A DNA stretch of 64,000 nt from a bacterium. GTDB taxonomy: Bacteria; Patescibacteriota; Minisyncoccia; Phycocordibacterales; UBA9973. Location of the stretch: positions 80,892 through 144,891 of the forward strand of contig JBAWZD010000001.1 in NCBI GenBank assembly GCA_037143195.1. The letters run 5' to 3'. Both the position numbers and the translations under genes were made by a program. The notes beneath the pieces were generated by a model, which was not told the DNA's origin, made no database searches, and saw nothing but the letters and a program-made list of their open reading frames with translations. This document shows, one piece after another, positions 18,501-27,677 of this stretch (position 1 is the first letter of the stretch; each line of letters starts with the position of its first letter).

Positions 18501-21500
18501 TTCCAACGAAAAAATTCCGGTCTCATTTGTAACACACGATATTACTACCAAGCGTATGCAACGAACACGAGTGGAACGAGCTATGGAACAATACAAAGTT
18601 TTACCACCGACACCTGTGGTAGTGCTTCGCCAACAGTCGCGTGGTACGACACAGCGTGGAGTTATCGCACCAAGCTCACGATCGACCGCACAAAAGTCGC
18701 GAACAGTGATCAAACAAATTTCCCCGTACTTATTCGAAGCACGAATTCTGCATGGAAGAGCGCTGCACACAATGGACATGTCGCGTTTGATACGGGGAAC
18801 GATATCGTTTTTGTTGCTGACGACGGAGTAACAAAACTCAATCACGAAATTGAAAAATACGACCCGACTACAGGGGAATTGATCGCATGGGTGCGTGTTC
18901 CGACGGTCTCATATACTGCAGATACAGACGTATATATGTATTACGGCAATGCTTCTGCGAGTGATCAGTCGAATCCGACTGGAGTGTGGACCAATCACTT
19001 TGGTGCGGTGTACCATTTGTCTGATAGTGGACCTTCGATAGCTTCCGATACGACAGGCAATCACGATGCAACGACGAGCGGGGCTATCACATTTGGACAA
19101 ACAGGCACGATTCATAAAGCCGTGACATTCGATGGCACGATTGGTGGAGATATGGACACGGGATACGTTGTTCCGTCATCGGATATTTCTATCAGCGCGT
19201 GGGCACAGTCATCATCGACGGGAATCACCAATCGCTTGCTTGGCGCGAACGGAACAAACATCATTTGGGGCGCACGAAACGTATCAACAAGTCTCATTGC
19301 TTCAATCAACAGTGCGAGCGGGGGTGGTGGCAGCATTAACATCGACGTACCAAGTCTTGCGAGTGGTTGGCACTATATCGAATTAACAATTGATTCTACG
19401 AACGGAACACAGTTGTATGATGACGGCGTGCTTGTCGGAAGTTCGATATCAAAAAATATTGTTTCGACGAATTCTTTCCATATTGGAAACGATGGAGACG
19501 GAGTACCAACCGACGTGTTTGACGGATCGGTTGATGAAGTCCATTTTGCAACAGTCGCACGATCTGCTGATTGGGTTATGACCGAATATGCCAACCAACA
19601 ATCTACGGCATCATTTTACTCGCAGAGCAGAGAAGAAAACCAAGCATTTTCTATCAATGGTGGCGCGACCACAACTGCATCACCTGCGGTTACGCTCTCA
19701 CTTACGTGTGCGGGGACTCCAGGACCATGCACGATGATGCAGTTTTCTGACGATGGCGTGACGTATTCTTCGTTCGAATCATTTTCGACGACGAAGCTGT
19801 ACACACTTTCAGCAGGCGATGGAACAAAAACAGTCTACGTGAAATTCAAAGACGGTAGTAGCAATCTGAGTACTCCAATCTCGTCGAGTATTTTGCTCGA
19901 TTCAACTCCGCCAACTGGATCAATCAGTATCAATAGTGGAGCACAATCGACGCGTGTGACAAGTGTCACGTTGACACTCTCATGTAGTGACGTCGCAACC
20001 TCCTGCGCTCAAATGCAGTTTTCAAACGACGATACGACATACACATCACTTGAATCATTTTCGACGACGAAGAGTTACACACTGTCATCGGGGCTCGGAA
20101 TCAAAACGGTATATGTGCGATTCACTGATGCGCTTGGCAATGTGAGCCCATCATTTTCTGCAAGTATTGATTACGAGACTGCGGCTCCTGCTGTGGCAAC
20201 GACGTCGCCACTTGTTTTTGTAACCAAAACTTCCGCCGTGCTTTTGGGATCGGTGACGGATATTGGCACGAGCGCTGTTGTCACGACCGGTTTCCATTTT
20301 GGTACTGATCCTGCGCTTGCAACGTCAATCGATGTTCATACCGATGGACAATCAATCAATGCTTCACCGTCGAGCTTTTCTGAAACTCTTTCTGGTCTCA
20401 CGTGTGCGACAACGTATTACTATCGTTCGTACGCAACAAACAGCGACGGTACGGGCAATGGCTCGATTCAAAATTTTGCCACATCTCCGTGCACGAGCAC
20501 TGGTGTGGTTGCAACATGTGGTGATCTTGCCGATATGAGTACCGATCTTTCTGGATCGTATTCGCTTTCACGAGACCTTGATTGTAGTGGCATTAGCTTC
20601 ACTTCGATTGGTACCGCAGTCAATCCGTTTCTTGGTACGTTTGATGGACGCGGACATACGATTACCGGACTCTCAATCACGGGCGTCAGTAATGTAGGAT
20701 TATTTGGATTTGTCCAAGACGCGACAATCAGCAATCTCGGATTGGTGTCAGTCTCGATAACTGGCAAAAACCAAGTTGGTGCACTCGTTGGATCTGCGAC
20801 TGGTACGACGCGTATTACACATTCGTACGCGACGGGAAGCATCACTGGATCTGCAAACGGCGTATCTGTGGGTGGACTTGTTGGATACACCAATGGAACA
20901 GTTTCAATTTCAAAATCATATTCGACTGCTACAATCACAACCGGCTCCGGTTACAGTTCTGCTGGAGGATTGGTAGGACAGGCAGATGGGGCACTTACAA
21001 TCAATGATTCGTATGCACGAGGCAATATAACGAGCAGTAGCGCTGGAGGTTTGGTGGGAAATACCACAGGTACAGTTACCGTTACGAATGCATACGCGAC
21101 AGGCAACATAAACAATCGTACACGCGGAACATTCGCTGGAGGTTTGGTGGCGAGTAGTACAGGTGCGATCACAATTACCAACGCATTTAGTGCAGGGAGT
21201 TTGACTGGCTCGGGTACATTCGGAGGAATCATCGGAAGATACAACGGAAGCACTGGTATCACGAATGCATACTTCACTGATGCGAGCGCAAATAACGCCA
21301 AAGGTGTTCTCGTCGGATCAGTCGGACTACTCAAATCAATCGACCATGCAGTTTATGCACAAGGTGGAGGTAGTCCATGGAATTTTACGACAACATGGGC
21401 ATTTGATGGAGGAATAAATAATGGTTTTCCATTCTTACTTCCTGTTGCCGTGCCAAGTGTGACTGCTGGTAGTGTCTCCGCTATCACGACGAGTACTGCA

Positions 21501-22130
21501 ACACTTGCGGGTTCGATCACGAATATCGGCGGCGTCGCGGTAGCGACGCGTGGGTTCCATTACGGTTTCACGGCTAGCTACGGTTCACTCACGACAGAAA
21601 GTGGCAGCTTCGACACGGGTGACTTCAGCGCTCAATTGACGGGGCTTCTGTGCGCGACACAATATCACCTCGAAGCATACGCCACGAATAGTATCGGCAC
21701 AGGCACAAGCTCACCTGACGTCACATTCACGACGAGTCAGTGTCCTGTCACGAGTCGCGGTCACGTAGATCAAACTTCAGGCACAACGACGACACAAGCG
21801 AACACGACAAAACCACAAATCGGCACACAAACGAGTGGAAGCGGAGCATTCGTTTTCAAAAAAGTACTTCGTGTTGGATCAAAAGGACCTGACGTACTCG
21901 CACTTCAAAAATATCTCAACAGTCAGGGCTTCATCATTGCACAAAAGGGCACAGGATCTATTGGCAAGGAATCAACCTATTTTGGCAAAGCCACAGCCAA
22001 AGCCCTCGCAAAATTCCAAGAGGCACACGCCAAAGAAATTCTCACTCCGTCAGGACTCAAAAAGGGAACAGGTGTTTTGGGCACATCGACAATTGCGTAC
22101 ATAAACAAAACTGCCGTACTCAGCCGATAG
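15564..22130 (+). CDS. Giant secreted surface protein: YVTN beta-propeller repeats, Fn3/Ig-like repeats, DUF2341 + LamG-like, GLUG repeats, C-terminal peptidoglycan-binding domain
   Basis: Signal peptide from ATG 15564; many YVxN...SVID repeats; WYDTAWSYR...NFPVL...IEKYD...MYYGN; VGGLVG repeats; terminal LRVGSKGPDVLALQKYLN...YFGKATAKALAKFQ. Confidence 0.85.
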   Translation: MNTRIHTLSLGLLFLGALFFPYAHADAFATINTGAGSTPNYSSVAEKKLYAGSGSDDVVVINGADDSVSHIPVGGPTGFSVPVGNKVYMETNDGIVVINATTDTVITTIPVLGLNGRGGTYGTVVGTHLYWGNISNSTVSVIDTTTDTVVGSPISVGGVPFSASVVGTTIYLNCQTANTVYVIDADPRSTNYNTVIATIPVGGSPYYSTAFGKKVYVSNNSDATMSVIDADPESASYNHVIGSPIPIGSAPYTARSIGHKIYVSVYGDNAESVIDTTDTTPEFPGGRFMKKIPVGVAPDYARFVGTRLYVANQGDHSVSVIDTDTDTVVGTISGTGIRYPSVIGTKVYVPALGYDSVTVIDTTTDVTGDFPQLVSFSTSSPDGTYSASDTIPITANFGRPLHSGSTMTVRLNTGASVVLNSVSGTQLSGTYTVGVNDQTPDLAVSSILSASVTDTTNHTRMNYAMPYSAGNFSAENSLIERNIGDSKNIVIGTFFSIPVGNNPYQISPVVTVGGTKYVYVANQGDGTVSVIRLSDSTVVSTITVGSEPYGIASATVSGVVYLYVANTGSKSVSVIDTSTNTVAATVTVGLNPYYATTVGTNVYVTNGLSNTVSVIDANTNTLESTVEVGSYPRGIKAHGTNVYVANYGDINNNYGGNNTISVIDANPASPTFNQVTATIVSPGGSAGPRGVTMHTDATLGDKVYVSNFRSDTVSVIDVNPAHGNTYNKIVQTIAVGKGPRGMTIFGDYVYVENFDDGTISIIDTTASGGLGALIGSIDPAGHSPSGITPVTGAGVAIPGIYFSRFQDGVVSIIDTATNQVYPPHPATTYTITGPSTGVLNTVSDVFSVRMNGTFSGAVTITPSGGGITNPIVLHFSNSPTQFFTITPSAVGTISLTASNDGGLPDPSSLTYLAYNTMPFVSTGSATVLSDTSVQMSGTVTDIGTSTVTTTGFHYGTDASLVTYSDSRTIDLSITSTPTGFQRKNSGLICNTRYYYQAYATNTSGTSYGTIQSFTTDTCGSASPTVAWYDTAWSYRTKLTIDRTKVANSDQTNFPVLIRSTNSAWKSAAHNGHVAFDTGNDIVFVADDGVTKLNHEIEKYDPTTGELIAWVRVPTVSYTADTDVYMYYGNASASDQSNPTGVWTNHFGAVYHLSDSGPSIASDTTGNHDATTSGAITFGQTGTIHKAVTFDGTIGGDMDTGYVVPSSDISISAWAQSSSTGITNRLLGANGTNIIWGARNVSTSLIASINSASGGGGSINIDVPSLASGWHYIELTIDSTNGTQLYDDGVLVGSSISKNIVSTNSFHIGNDGDGVPTDVFDGSVDEVHFATVARSADWVMTEYANQQSTASFYSQSREENQAFSINGGATTTASPAVTLSLTCAGTPGPCTMMQFSDDGVTYSSFESFSTTKLYTLSAGDGTKTVYVKFKDGSSNLSTPISSSILLDSTPPTGSISINSGAQSTRVTSVTLTLSCSDVATSCAQMQFSNDDTTYTSLESFSTTKSYTLSSGLGIKTVYVRFTDALGNVSPSFSASIDYETAAPAVATTSPLVFVTKTSAVLLGSVTDIGTSAVVTTGFHFGTDPALATSIDVHTDGQSINASPSSFSETLSGLTCATTYYYRSYATNSDGTGNGSIQNFATSPCTSTGVVATCGDLADMSTDLSGSYSLSRDLDCSGISFTSIGTAVNPFLGTFDGRGHTITGLSITGVSNVGLFGFVQDATISNLGLVSVSITGKNQVGALVGSATGTTRITHSYATGSITGSANGVSVGGLVGYTNGTVSISKSYSTATITTGSGYSSAGGLVGQADGALTINDSYARGNITSSSAGGLVGNTTGTVTVTNAYATGNINNRTRGTFAGGLVASSTGAITITNAFSAGSLTGSGTFGGIIGRYNGSTGITNAYFTDASANNAKGVLVGSVGLLKSIDHAVYAQGGGSPWNFTTTWAFDGGINNGFPFLLPVAVPSVTAGSVSAITTSTATLAGSITNIGGVAVATRGFHYGFTASYGSLTTESGSFDTGDFSAQLTGLLCATQYHLEAYATNSIGTGTSSPDVTFTTSQCPVTSRGHVDQTSGTTTTQANTTKPQIGTQTSGSGAFVFKKVLRVGSKGPDVLALQKYLNSQGFIIAQKGTGSIGKESTYFGKATAKALAKFQEAHAKEILTPSGLKKGTGVLGTSTIAYINKTAVLSR

Positions 22131-22169
22131 ATTGAGTTTTTGGTTAAAAAAAGCTATAGTCCTTGCATC

Positions 22170-23282
22170 ATGAGTCTATCTATTGGAATCGTAGGCCTGC
22201 CAAACGTTGGAAAATCAACGCTGTTTAACGCACTTACCAAAAAGGGCGTGCCCGCTGAAAACTATCCATTTTGTACGATCGATCCATCGGTCGGCATTGT
22301 TGGTGTGCCTGATGAACGACTCCAGAAGCTTGCGACATTTTCGCAGACAAACAAAATCATTCCGGCTGCTATTGAATTCGTCGATATCGCAGGGCTTGTT
22401 GCGGGTGCTGCAAAGGGTGAAGGTCTCGGCAACAAATTCCTCGCCAATATTCGCGAGACCGATGCCATTTTTGAAATGGTGCGTATTTTCCCGATCAAAG
22501 CCGAAAAGGGAACCGACATCATGCATGTGTATGGTGACATCGATCCACTCCGTGATATCAAAGTCATCAACATGGAATTGTTGCTCGCCGATCTTGAGAC
22601 TGCGACCAAGCGTATGAACAATATTTCGCGCGATGCAAAGCGTGGCGACAAGGAAGCTGTCATCGAGGAAGGCGCACTTAAAAAAATCCTCGAAGCGCTT
22701 GAAGCTGAACAAATGGTGAATACCATTGCTTTTGACGACAAAGAAATTCCAAAGGTGCACCAGCTCGGCTTGCTCACGGCAAAACCGATTCTCTACGGAC
22801 TCAACAAGCGCGCTGGTACCAAAAATCTCGACGAGACCAATCCAGAACTTTTCAAGCAACTGTGTGATTACATTCTCTCAACTGGTGCACAATATGTCGT
22901 GCTCGATGCGAAGATTGAAGATGAACTCAAAGATTTCGAAGGTGATGAAAAAGAAATGTTCCGCACCGAAATGGGTGGTGGTGACAATGGTATCAATAGT
23001 TTGATTACAGCAGCATACAAATTGCTCGGTCTCGAGACGTACTTCACGACAGGTGTCGAAGAGACTCGCGCGTGGACTATTAAGAAGGGCAGTACTGCTC
23101 CCGTCGCTGGAATGGCAATTCACACAGATTTTAAGGAAAAATTCATTCGTGCTGAAATCATCAACTGGCAAGACCTCTTGAACGCAGGCTCCTACGCCGA
23201 AGCGCGCTCCAAAGGCAAAGTCCGCACCGAAGGCAAAGAGTATATCGTCAAAGACGGCGACGTGATTGAGTTTAAAATCTAG
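22170..23282 (+). CDS. ychF: Redox-regulated ATPase YchF
   Basis: [42 protein letters not shown] and [12 protein letters not shown]. Confidence 0.96.
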   Translation: MSLSIGIVGLPNVGKSTLFNALTKKGVPAENYPFCTIDPSVGIVGVPDERLQKLATFSQTNKIIPAAIEFVDIAGLVAGAAKGEGLGNKFLANIRETDAIFEMVRIFPIKAEKGTDIMHVYGDIDPLRDIKVINMELLLADLETATKRMNNISRDAKRGDKEAVIEEGALKKILEALEAEQMVNTIAFDDKEIPKVHQLGLLTAKPILYGLNKRAGTKNLDETNPELFKQLCDYILSTGAQYVVLDAKIEDELKDFEGDEKEMFRTEMGGGDNGINSLITAAYKLLGLETYFTTGVEETRAWTIKKGSTAPVAGMAIHTDFKEKFIRAEIINWQDLLNAGSYAEARSKGKVRTEGKEYIVKDGDVIEFKI

Positions 23283-23302
23283 CAATGGTAGACTAGAGCG
23301 CT

Positions 23303-23854
23303 ATGAACGGGGCGAGCTCCAAGGTACTCACAATGCTCAAAAAAGGCGCTATTGGCGTCTTTCCTACCGACACGCTCTATGGCGTGGTTGGGAGTGCTAT
23401 TTCGAAAAAAGCAGTAGAGCGTATTTTTGAGGTTAAAGGCCGAAGTGAGGGCAAGCCACTCATTATTTTGATTTCGTCGCTCGACGATATCAAACGATTT
23501 GGAATCAATCTCTTGCCCGAGCATGTTACGTATCTCGAGTCGGTCTGGCCAGGGGCGTTTTCGATTATTTTGCCATGCCCGCATCAGAAATTCGAGTATC
23601 TTCATCGCGGTACGAAATCACTCGCGTTTCGCATGCCCAAGAAAAAGAGTTTGCGCGATTTTCTCAAGGTGTCAGGACCACTCACTGCACCAAGTGCAAA
23701 TCCGCAAGGACTCAAACCTGCACACACCATCGCGGAAGCAAAAAAATATTTTGGAGACGCGGTTGATTTTTATTTTGCTGGTGGACGAAAGACAGGGAAG
23801 CCGTCGAGAGTCGTCTCGCTCCTATCGGGAAAACCGCTCGTACTTCGAAAATAA
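23303..23854 (+). CDS. tsaC: Threonylcarbamoyl-AMP synthase (YrdC/Sua5)
   Basis: FPTDTLYG, KGR..KPL, WPG and SAN motifs. Confidence 0.9.
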   Translation: MNGASSKVLTMLKKGAIGVFPTDTLYGVVGSAISKKAVERIFEVKGRSEGKPLIILISSLDDIKRFGINLLPEHVTYLESVWPGAFSIILPCPHQKFEYLHRGTKSLAFRMPKKKSLRDFLKVSGPLTAPSANPQGLKPAHTIAEAKKYFGDAVDFYFAGGRKTGKPSRVVSLLSGKPLVLRK

Positions 23855-23895
23855 AATGATAGGCAAAAATAAAACTCGTGATACCATCACGAGTT

Positions 23896-24411
23896 TTATT
23901 CTCCCAAAATACTGCGATTCGTTGAACCTTTGCGCTTCATTTCAGCGATTTCTTTTCCGAGTTCGCGGAGTGAGTGCTCGATGCGGTGGAGCATTGCAGG
24001 ATCGATCGTAACCTCTTCCTCCTCATCGTCCTCTTGAATATCTTCGACATCCTCTTGAATATCATCGATATCTTTTTGAATCTCTTCGACGTCTTCTTGC
24101 ATCTCTTCCACGTTTTCTTGAATCTCGTCGACATCTTTCGCCACTTCGCGGAGATGTTTACTCTGACGATTGACACTCATTTGAATAAAAATCGAAAGGT
24201 AGATTGCCTCGAGCGAGACGACGGTCGTGAGTGCGAGCAAAATAGTGTTGAGTTCGATGCCAAAGAAGTAGAGCAGGAAGGAAATGATGAAAATCGCGGT
24301 GTGAAAAATGAGCGATGTCGTCGAACCGACCCAGCGGGTCGCGCGGAACGAAATATATTCGAGCAAGGGTTCGTCTTTTTGCCTCGGAGGGGCTACTTTG
24401 CGCGCATTCAT
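23896..24411 (-). CDS. DUF1003-like membrane protein with acidic heptad coiled coil
   Basis: WVGSTTSLIFH...TTVVSLEAIYLSIFIQMSVNR, then (E/K)D(V/I)(E/D)(E/D)IQ heptad repeats. Confidence 0.75.
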   Translation of the reverse strand: MNARKVAPPRQKDEPLLEYISFRATRWVGSTTSLIFHTAIFIISFLLYFFGIELNTILLALTTVVSLEAIYLSIFIQMSVNRQSKHLREVAKDVDEIQENVEEMQEDVEEIQKDIDDIQEDVEDIQEDDEEEEVTIDPAMLHRIEHSLRELGKEIAEMKRKGSTNRSILGE

Positions 24412-24435
24412 GTGATGCTATAGTATACTACTTAT

Positions 24436-25005
24436 ATGGATACACAAACAACAATTACACCTGTTACTAAGGGGAAGGGCTTTATGAAGTGGGCCGTCGT
24501 CGTCGCAATTGTCATTGTTTTGAACCTCTTTTTCAATTATGCGATCTCGCTTGTGTACAAAGCACCGACATGGGACCAGTACATGCCTCGGACAGACGTT
24601 GTTGAGCCAATTACAAACAAGACTGATTGTTTAAATGTCGGAGGACAGTGGACGAATCCAGCTCCTGCGCCATCTGGTACAACCAACACTATTTCAAAGG
24701 GCGCAACTGCTCCAGGATATTGTGATCCAAATTATACGAATCTCCAGAAATACACTGCCGCTCAAAATACATATGATAGAACAGTGTTCATTATCCTCGT
24801 GGTGCTCGGTGTCATCTCGCTTGTGCTTGGTGCCGTAGTTACGAACATAATTTTACAACTTTCGTTTTCATGGGGTGGAGTACTTTCACTTGTGATCGCC
24901 TCGATGCGCTATTGGAGCGATGCGGACAATCTTCTCAAAGTCATCATTCTTGCAGTCGCGCTCGGAGCACTCATTTGGATTGCGGTCAAAAAATTAGCGA
25001 AGTAA
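24436..25005 (+). CDS. Hypothetical membrane protein (4 TM, extracellular loop with a Cys pair)
   Basis: Hydrophobic helices; loop CLNVGGQW...GYCD. Confidence 0.75.
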   Translation: MDTQTTITPVTKGKGFMKWAVVVAIVIVLNLFFNYAISLVYKAPTWDQYMPRTDVVEPITNKTDCLNVGGQWTNPAPAPSGTTNTISKGATAPGYCDPNYTNLQKYTAAQNTYDRTVFIILVVLGVISLVLGAVVTNIILQLSFSWGGVLSLVIASMRYWSDADNLLKVIILAVALGALIWIAVKKLAK

Positions 25006-25011
25006 CAATCT

Positions 25012-27633
25012 ATGAAAGCGTACGATCATAAAAAAATAGAAAAAAAATGGCAAAAGACATGGCGGGAAAAAAAGACCTACCAAACATTGTCTGCAAAATC
25101 AGCCAAAGGCAAGAAGCCATTTTATGTGCTCGATATGTTTCCGTATCCATCAGGTGCAGGATTGCACGTTGGACATCCCCGCGGATATATCGGCTCTGAT
25201 GTGATCGCACGCAAAAAACGAATGGAGGGATGCAACGTTTTGCACCCTATGGGATATGACGCGTTCGGACTTCCAGCAGAACAATACGCAATCGCAAACA
25301 AAATTCATCCACGCAAAGCGGTGCTTGATAATGTCAAAACATTTGAACGACAATTGTCGGTGATTGGTTTTTCGTATGATTGGAATCGCACGGTAAACAC
25401 AACTGATCCTGAATATTACAAATGGACGCAATGGATTTTTCTCAAGATTTATAATTCGTGGTTTGACCTCTCAAAAAACAAGGCTCGACCGATCGAGGAC
25501 CTCGTATCAGTATTTGCAAAAAAGGGAAGTGCGGGAGTTTCTGCGGTGAATCACTCAAAGCGTGTTTTCTCGGCGAGTGAGTGGCGCTCGATGAGCCCAC
25601 TCGAACGGCAAACTGTACTGATGGATTATCGTCTTGCATACGAGGGATATTCTGAGGTCAATTGGTGCCCAGAAATGGGTACTGTGCTTGCGAACGATGA
25701 AATTGTTGATGGTCCGAATGGTCCTATGTCTGAGCGTGGCAATTATCCTGTCGAGAAGCGCTCGATGCGTCAGTGGTTTATGCGTATCACTGCCTATGGC
25801 GACCGATTGATCGAAGATCTCGAAGGACTTACATGGCCAGAACATATCAAGGAAATTCAGCGCAATTGGATCGGCCGTTCCGAAGGATTGTTGTTCCGTG
25901 CGCCAGTCAAAGATATGGATCTTGTTATTGAGACTTTTTCGGCGCACTTTGAGGCGTGTCATGCTGATACGTTTGTGGTGATCGCCCCGGATCATCCACT
26001 CCTTGCGACATTGCTTGATGGCGTTGAGAACAAAAACGATGTGCTCGCGCAAGCGAAAGCAATTGTGCAGAAACGCGAGGCGCTCGGTGACAAATACAAA
26101 GAAGTCGAAGGCGTGTTTACGGGACGATATATTGTGGACCCACTTGGCAATGGTGATTTGCCGATTTGGGTCGCGAGTTTCGCGCTCAAAGATTACGGTA
26201 CTGGTATTGTGAAGTGTTCTGCGCACGATGAGCGTGATTTTCTTTTTGCGAAAAAATATAACATTCCGCTCAAGGCAGTGATGCTTCCTCGTGATGAGGC
26301 GTTACGTGCACAAGTTGAGAATTTTGAAATGTGTTTTACGGATGCTTCGACGGGAGTTTTGACTGAGCCAAAGGAATTTGCTGGACGCGTCGCGCACGAA
26401 GTGCGCGACGCCGTAGCAGAGTATGCAGTAAAGAATGGCTTCGCGAAACGAAAAGTCAGTTACAAAATTCGTGACGCTGTCTTTGCTCGCCAGCGCTATT
26501 GGGGCGAACCAATTCCACTTTCAAAAGACAAGGAAGGAATTCTCCATGAAGTCGCAGAAAAGAAATTGCCACTCGAGCTTCCGAATGTAAAAAGCTATGA
26601 ACCATCAGGTACCGGAGAGAGTCCGCTCGCAAGTGTTCCCGCGTGGACAAAGGCAGGATATGAGACGAATACGATGCCAGGCTGGGCGGGAAGTTCATGG
26701 TATTTCTTGCGCTATGTAGATCCCAAAAACAAAAAGGCATTCGCAGGTGAATCTGAACTCGCGTATTGGTTTAACAAAAAACGTGTTGGGGGAGTCGACG
26801 TGTATGTTGGGGGTGCCGAACATGCAACAGGTCACTTGCTCTATTCGCGTTTTTGGCACAAGGTATTGTTTGACTACGGATTGGTCCCGACCAAGGAGCC
26901 ATTTCAATTGCTCCGCAATCAGGGAATCATCCTGGCTTCTGACGGCCGCAAGATGAGTAAGCGCTGGGGAAATGTCATCAATCCCGATGAAATCGTCGGC
27001 ACCTACGGTGCCGACACACTGCGCCTATACGAAATGTTTATGGGTCCATTCGACGCGAGTCTCCCATGGAGCACCGAAAGTATCATCGGCTCACGCCGAT
27101 TCATCGAACGTGTGTGGCGCTTCGTAGAAAAGATCGAAGCTCAGAAAGGCGCACCTCAGAACGAGAAGGCCGTCGCATATGAGCAAGCACTTCACAAAGC
27201 AATCAAAAAAGTGACCGAGGATATTGAAAACTTTAGTTTCAATACTGCAGTATCTGCGATGATGATTTGTTTGAATGAAATGGAAAAAGCAGAGTATGTT
27301 TCGGTTGGTGATTATAAAAAATTCTTACAATTACTGGCGCCATTTGCTCCGCATGTTACCGACGAACTCTGGGAGCACTTCGGTGAAAAAAAATCTATTC
27401 ATGTATCTGGATGGCCAACATTTGATGAATCAAAGCTTGTTTCTGATACTGTAACGATCGTCGTTCAAGTGAATAGCAAGAATCGAGCCGAACTTGAGAT
27501 CGCTCAAAATGCGTCTGATGACGAGGTAAAAGCGCTCGCGCTCGCATCTCCGAAGGTCCAAACTGCACTCGATGGTGCTACTCCAAAAAAAGTGATTTAT
27601 GTCAAAGGACGCCTCGTGAATATCGTCGTCTAA
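25012..27633 (+). CDS. leuS: Leucine--tRNA ligase
   Basis: MFPYPSGAGLHVGH, RQRYWGEPIP, YVGGAEHA and KMSKR. Confidence 0.96.
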   Translation: MKAYDHKKIEKKWQKTWREKKTYQTLSAKSAKGKKPFYVLDMFPYPSGAGLHVGHPRGYIGSDVIARKKRMEGCNVLHPMGYDAFGLPAEQYAIANKIHPRKAVLDNVKTFERQLSVIGFSYDWNRTVNTTDPEYYKWTQWIFLKIYNSWFDLSKNKARPIEDLVSVFAKKGSAGVSAVNHSKRVFSASEWRSMSPLERQTVLMDYRLAYEGYSEVNWCPEMGTVLANDEIVDGPNGPMSERGNYPVEKRSMRQWFMRITAYGDRLIEDLEGLTWPEHIKEIQRNWIGRSEGLLFRAPVKDMDLVIETFSAHFEACHADTFVVIAPDHPLLATLLDGVENKNDVLAQAKAIVQKREALGDKYKEVEGVFTGRYIVDPLGNGDLPIWVASFALKDYGTGIVKCSAHDERDFLFAKKYNIPLKAVMLPRDEALRAQVENFEMCFTDASTGVLTEPKEFAGRVAHEVRDAVAEYAVKNGFAKRKVSYKIRDAVFARQRYWGEPIPLSKDKEGILHEVAEKKLPLELPNVKSYEPSGTGESPLASVPAWTKAGYETNTMPGWAGSSWYFLRYVDPKNKKAFAGESELAYWFNKKRVGGVDVYVGGAEHATGHLLYSRFWHKVLFDYGLVPTKEPFQLLRNQGIILASDGRKMSKRWGNVINPDEIVGTYGADTLRLYEMFMGPFDASLPWSTESIIGSRRFIERVWRFVEKIEAQKGAPQNEKAVAYEQALHKAIKKVTEDIENFSFNTAVSAMMICLNEMEKAEYVSVGDYKKFLQLLAPFAPHVTDELWEHFGEKKSIHVSGWPTFDESKLVSDTVTIVVQVNSKNRAELEIAQNASDDEVKALALASPKVQTALDGATPKKVIYVKGRLVNIVV

Positions 27634-27677
27634 TCGATTGCTCGTCGCGGTCAACTCGGATATACTAGAGAGATAGT

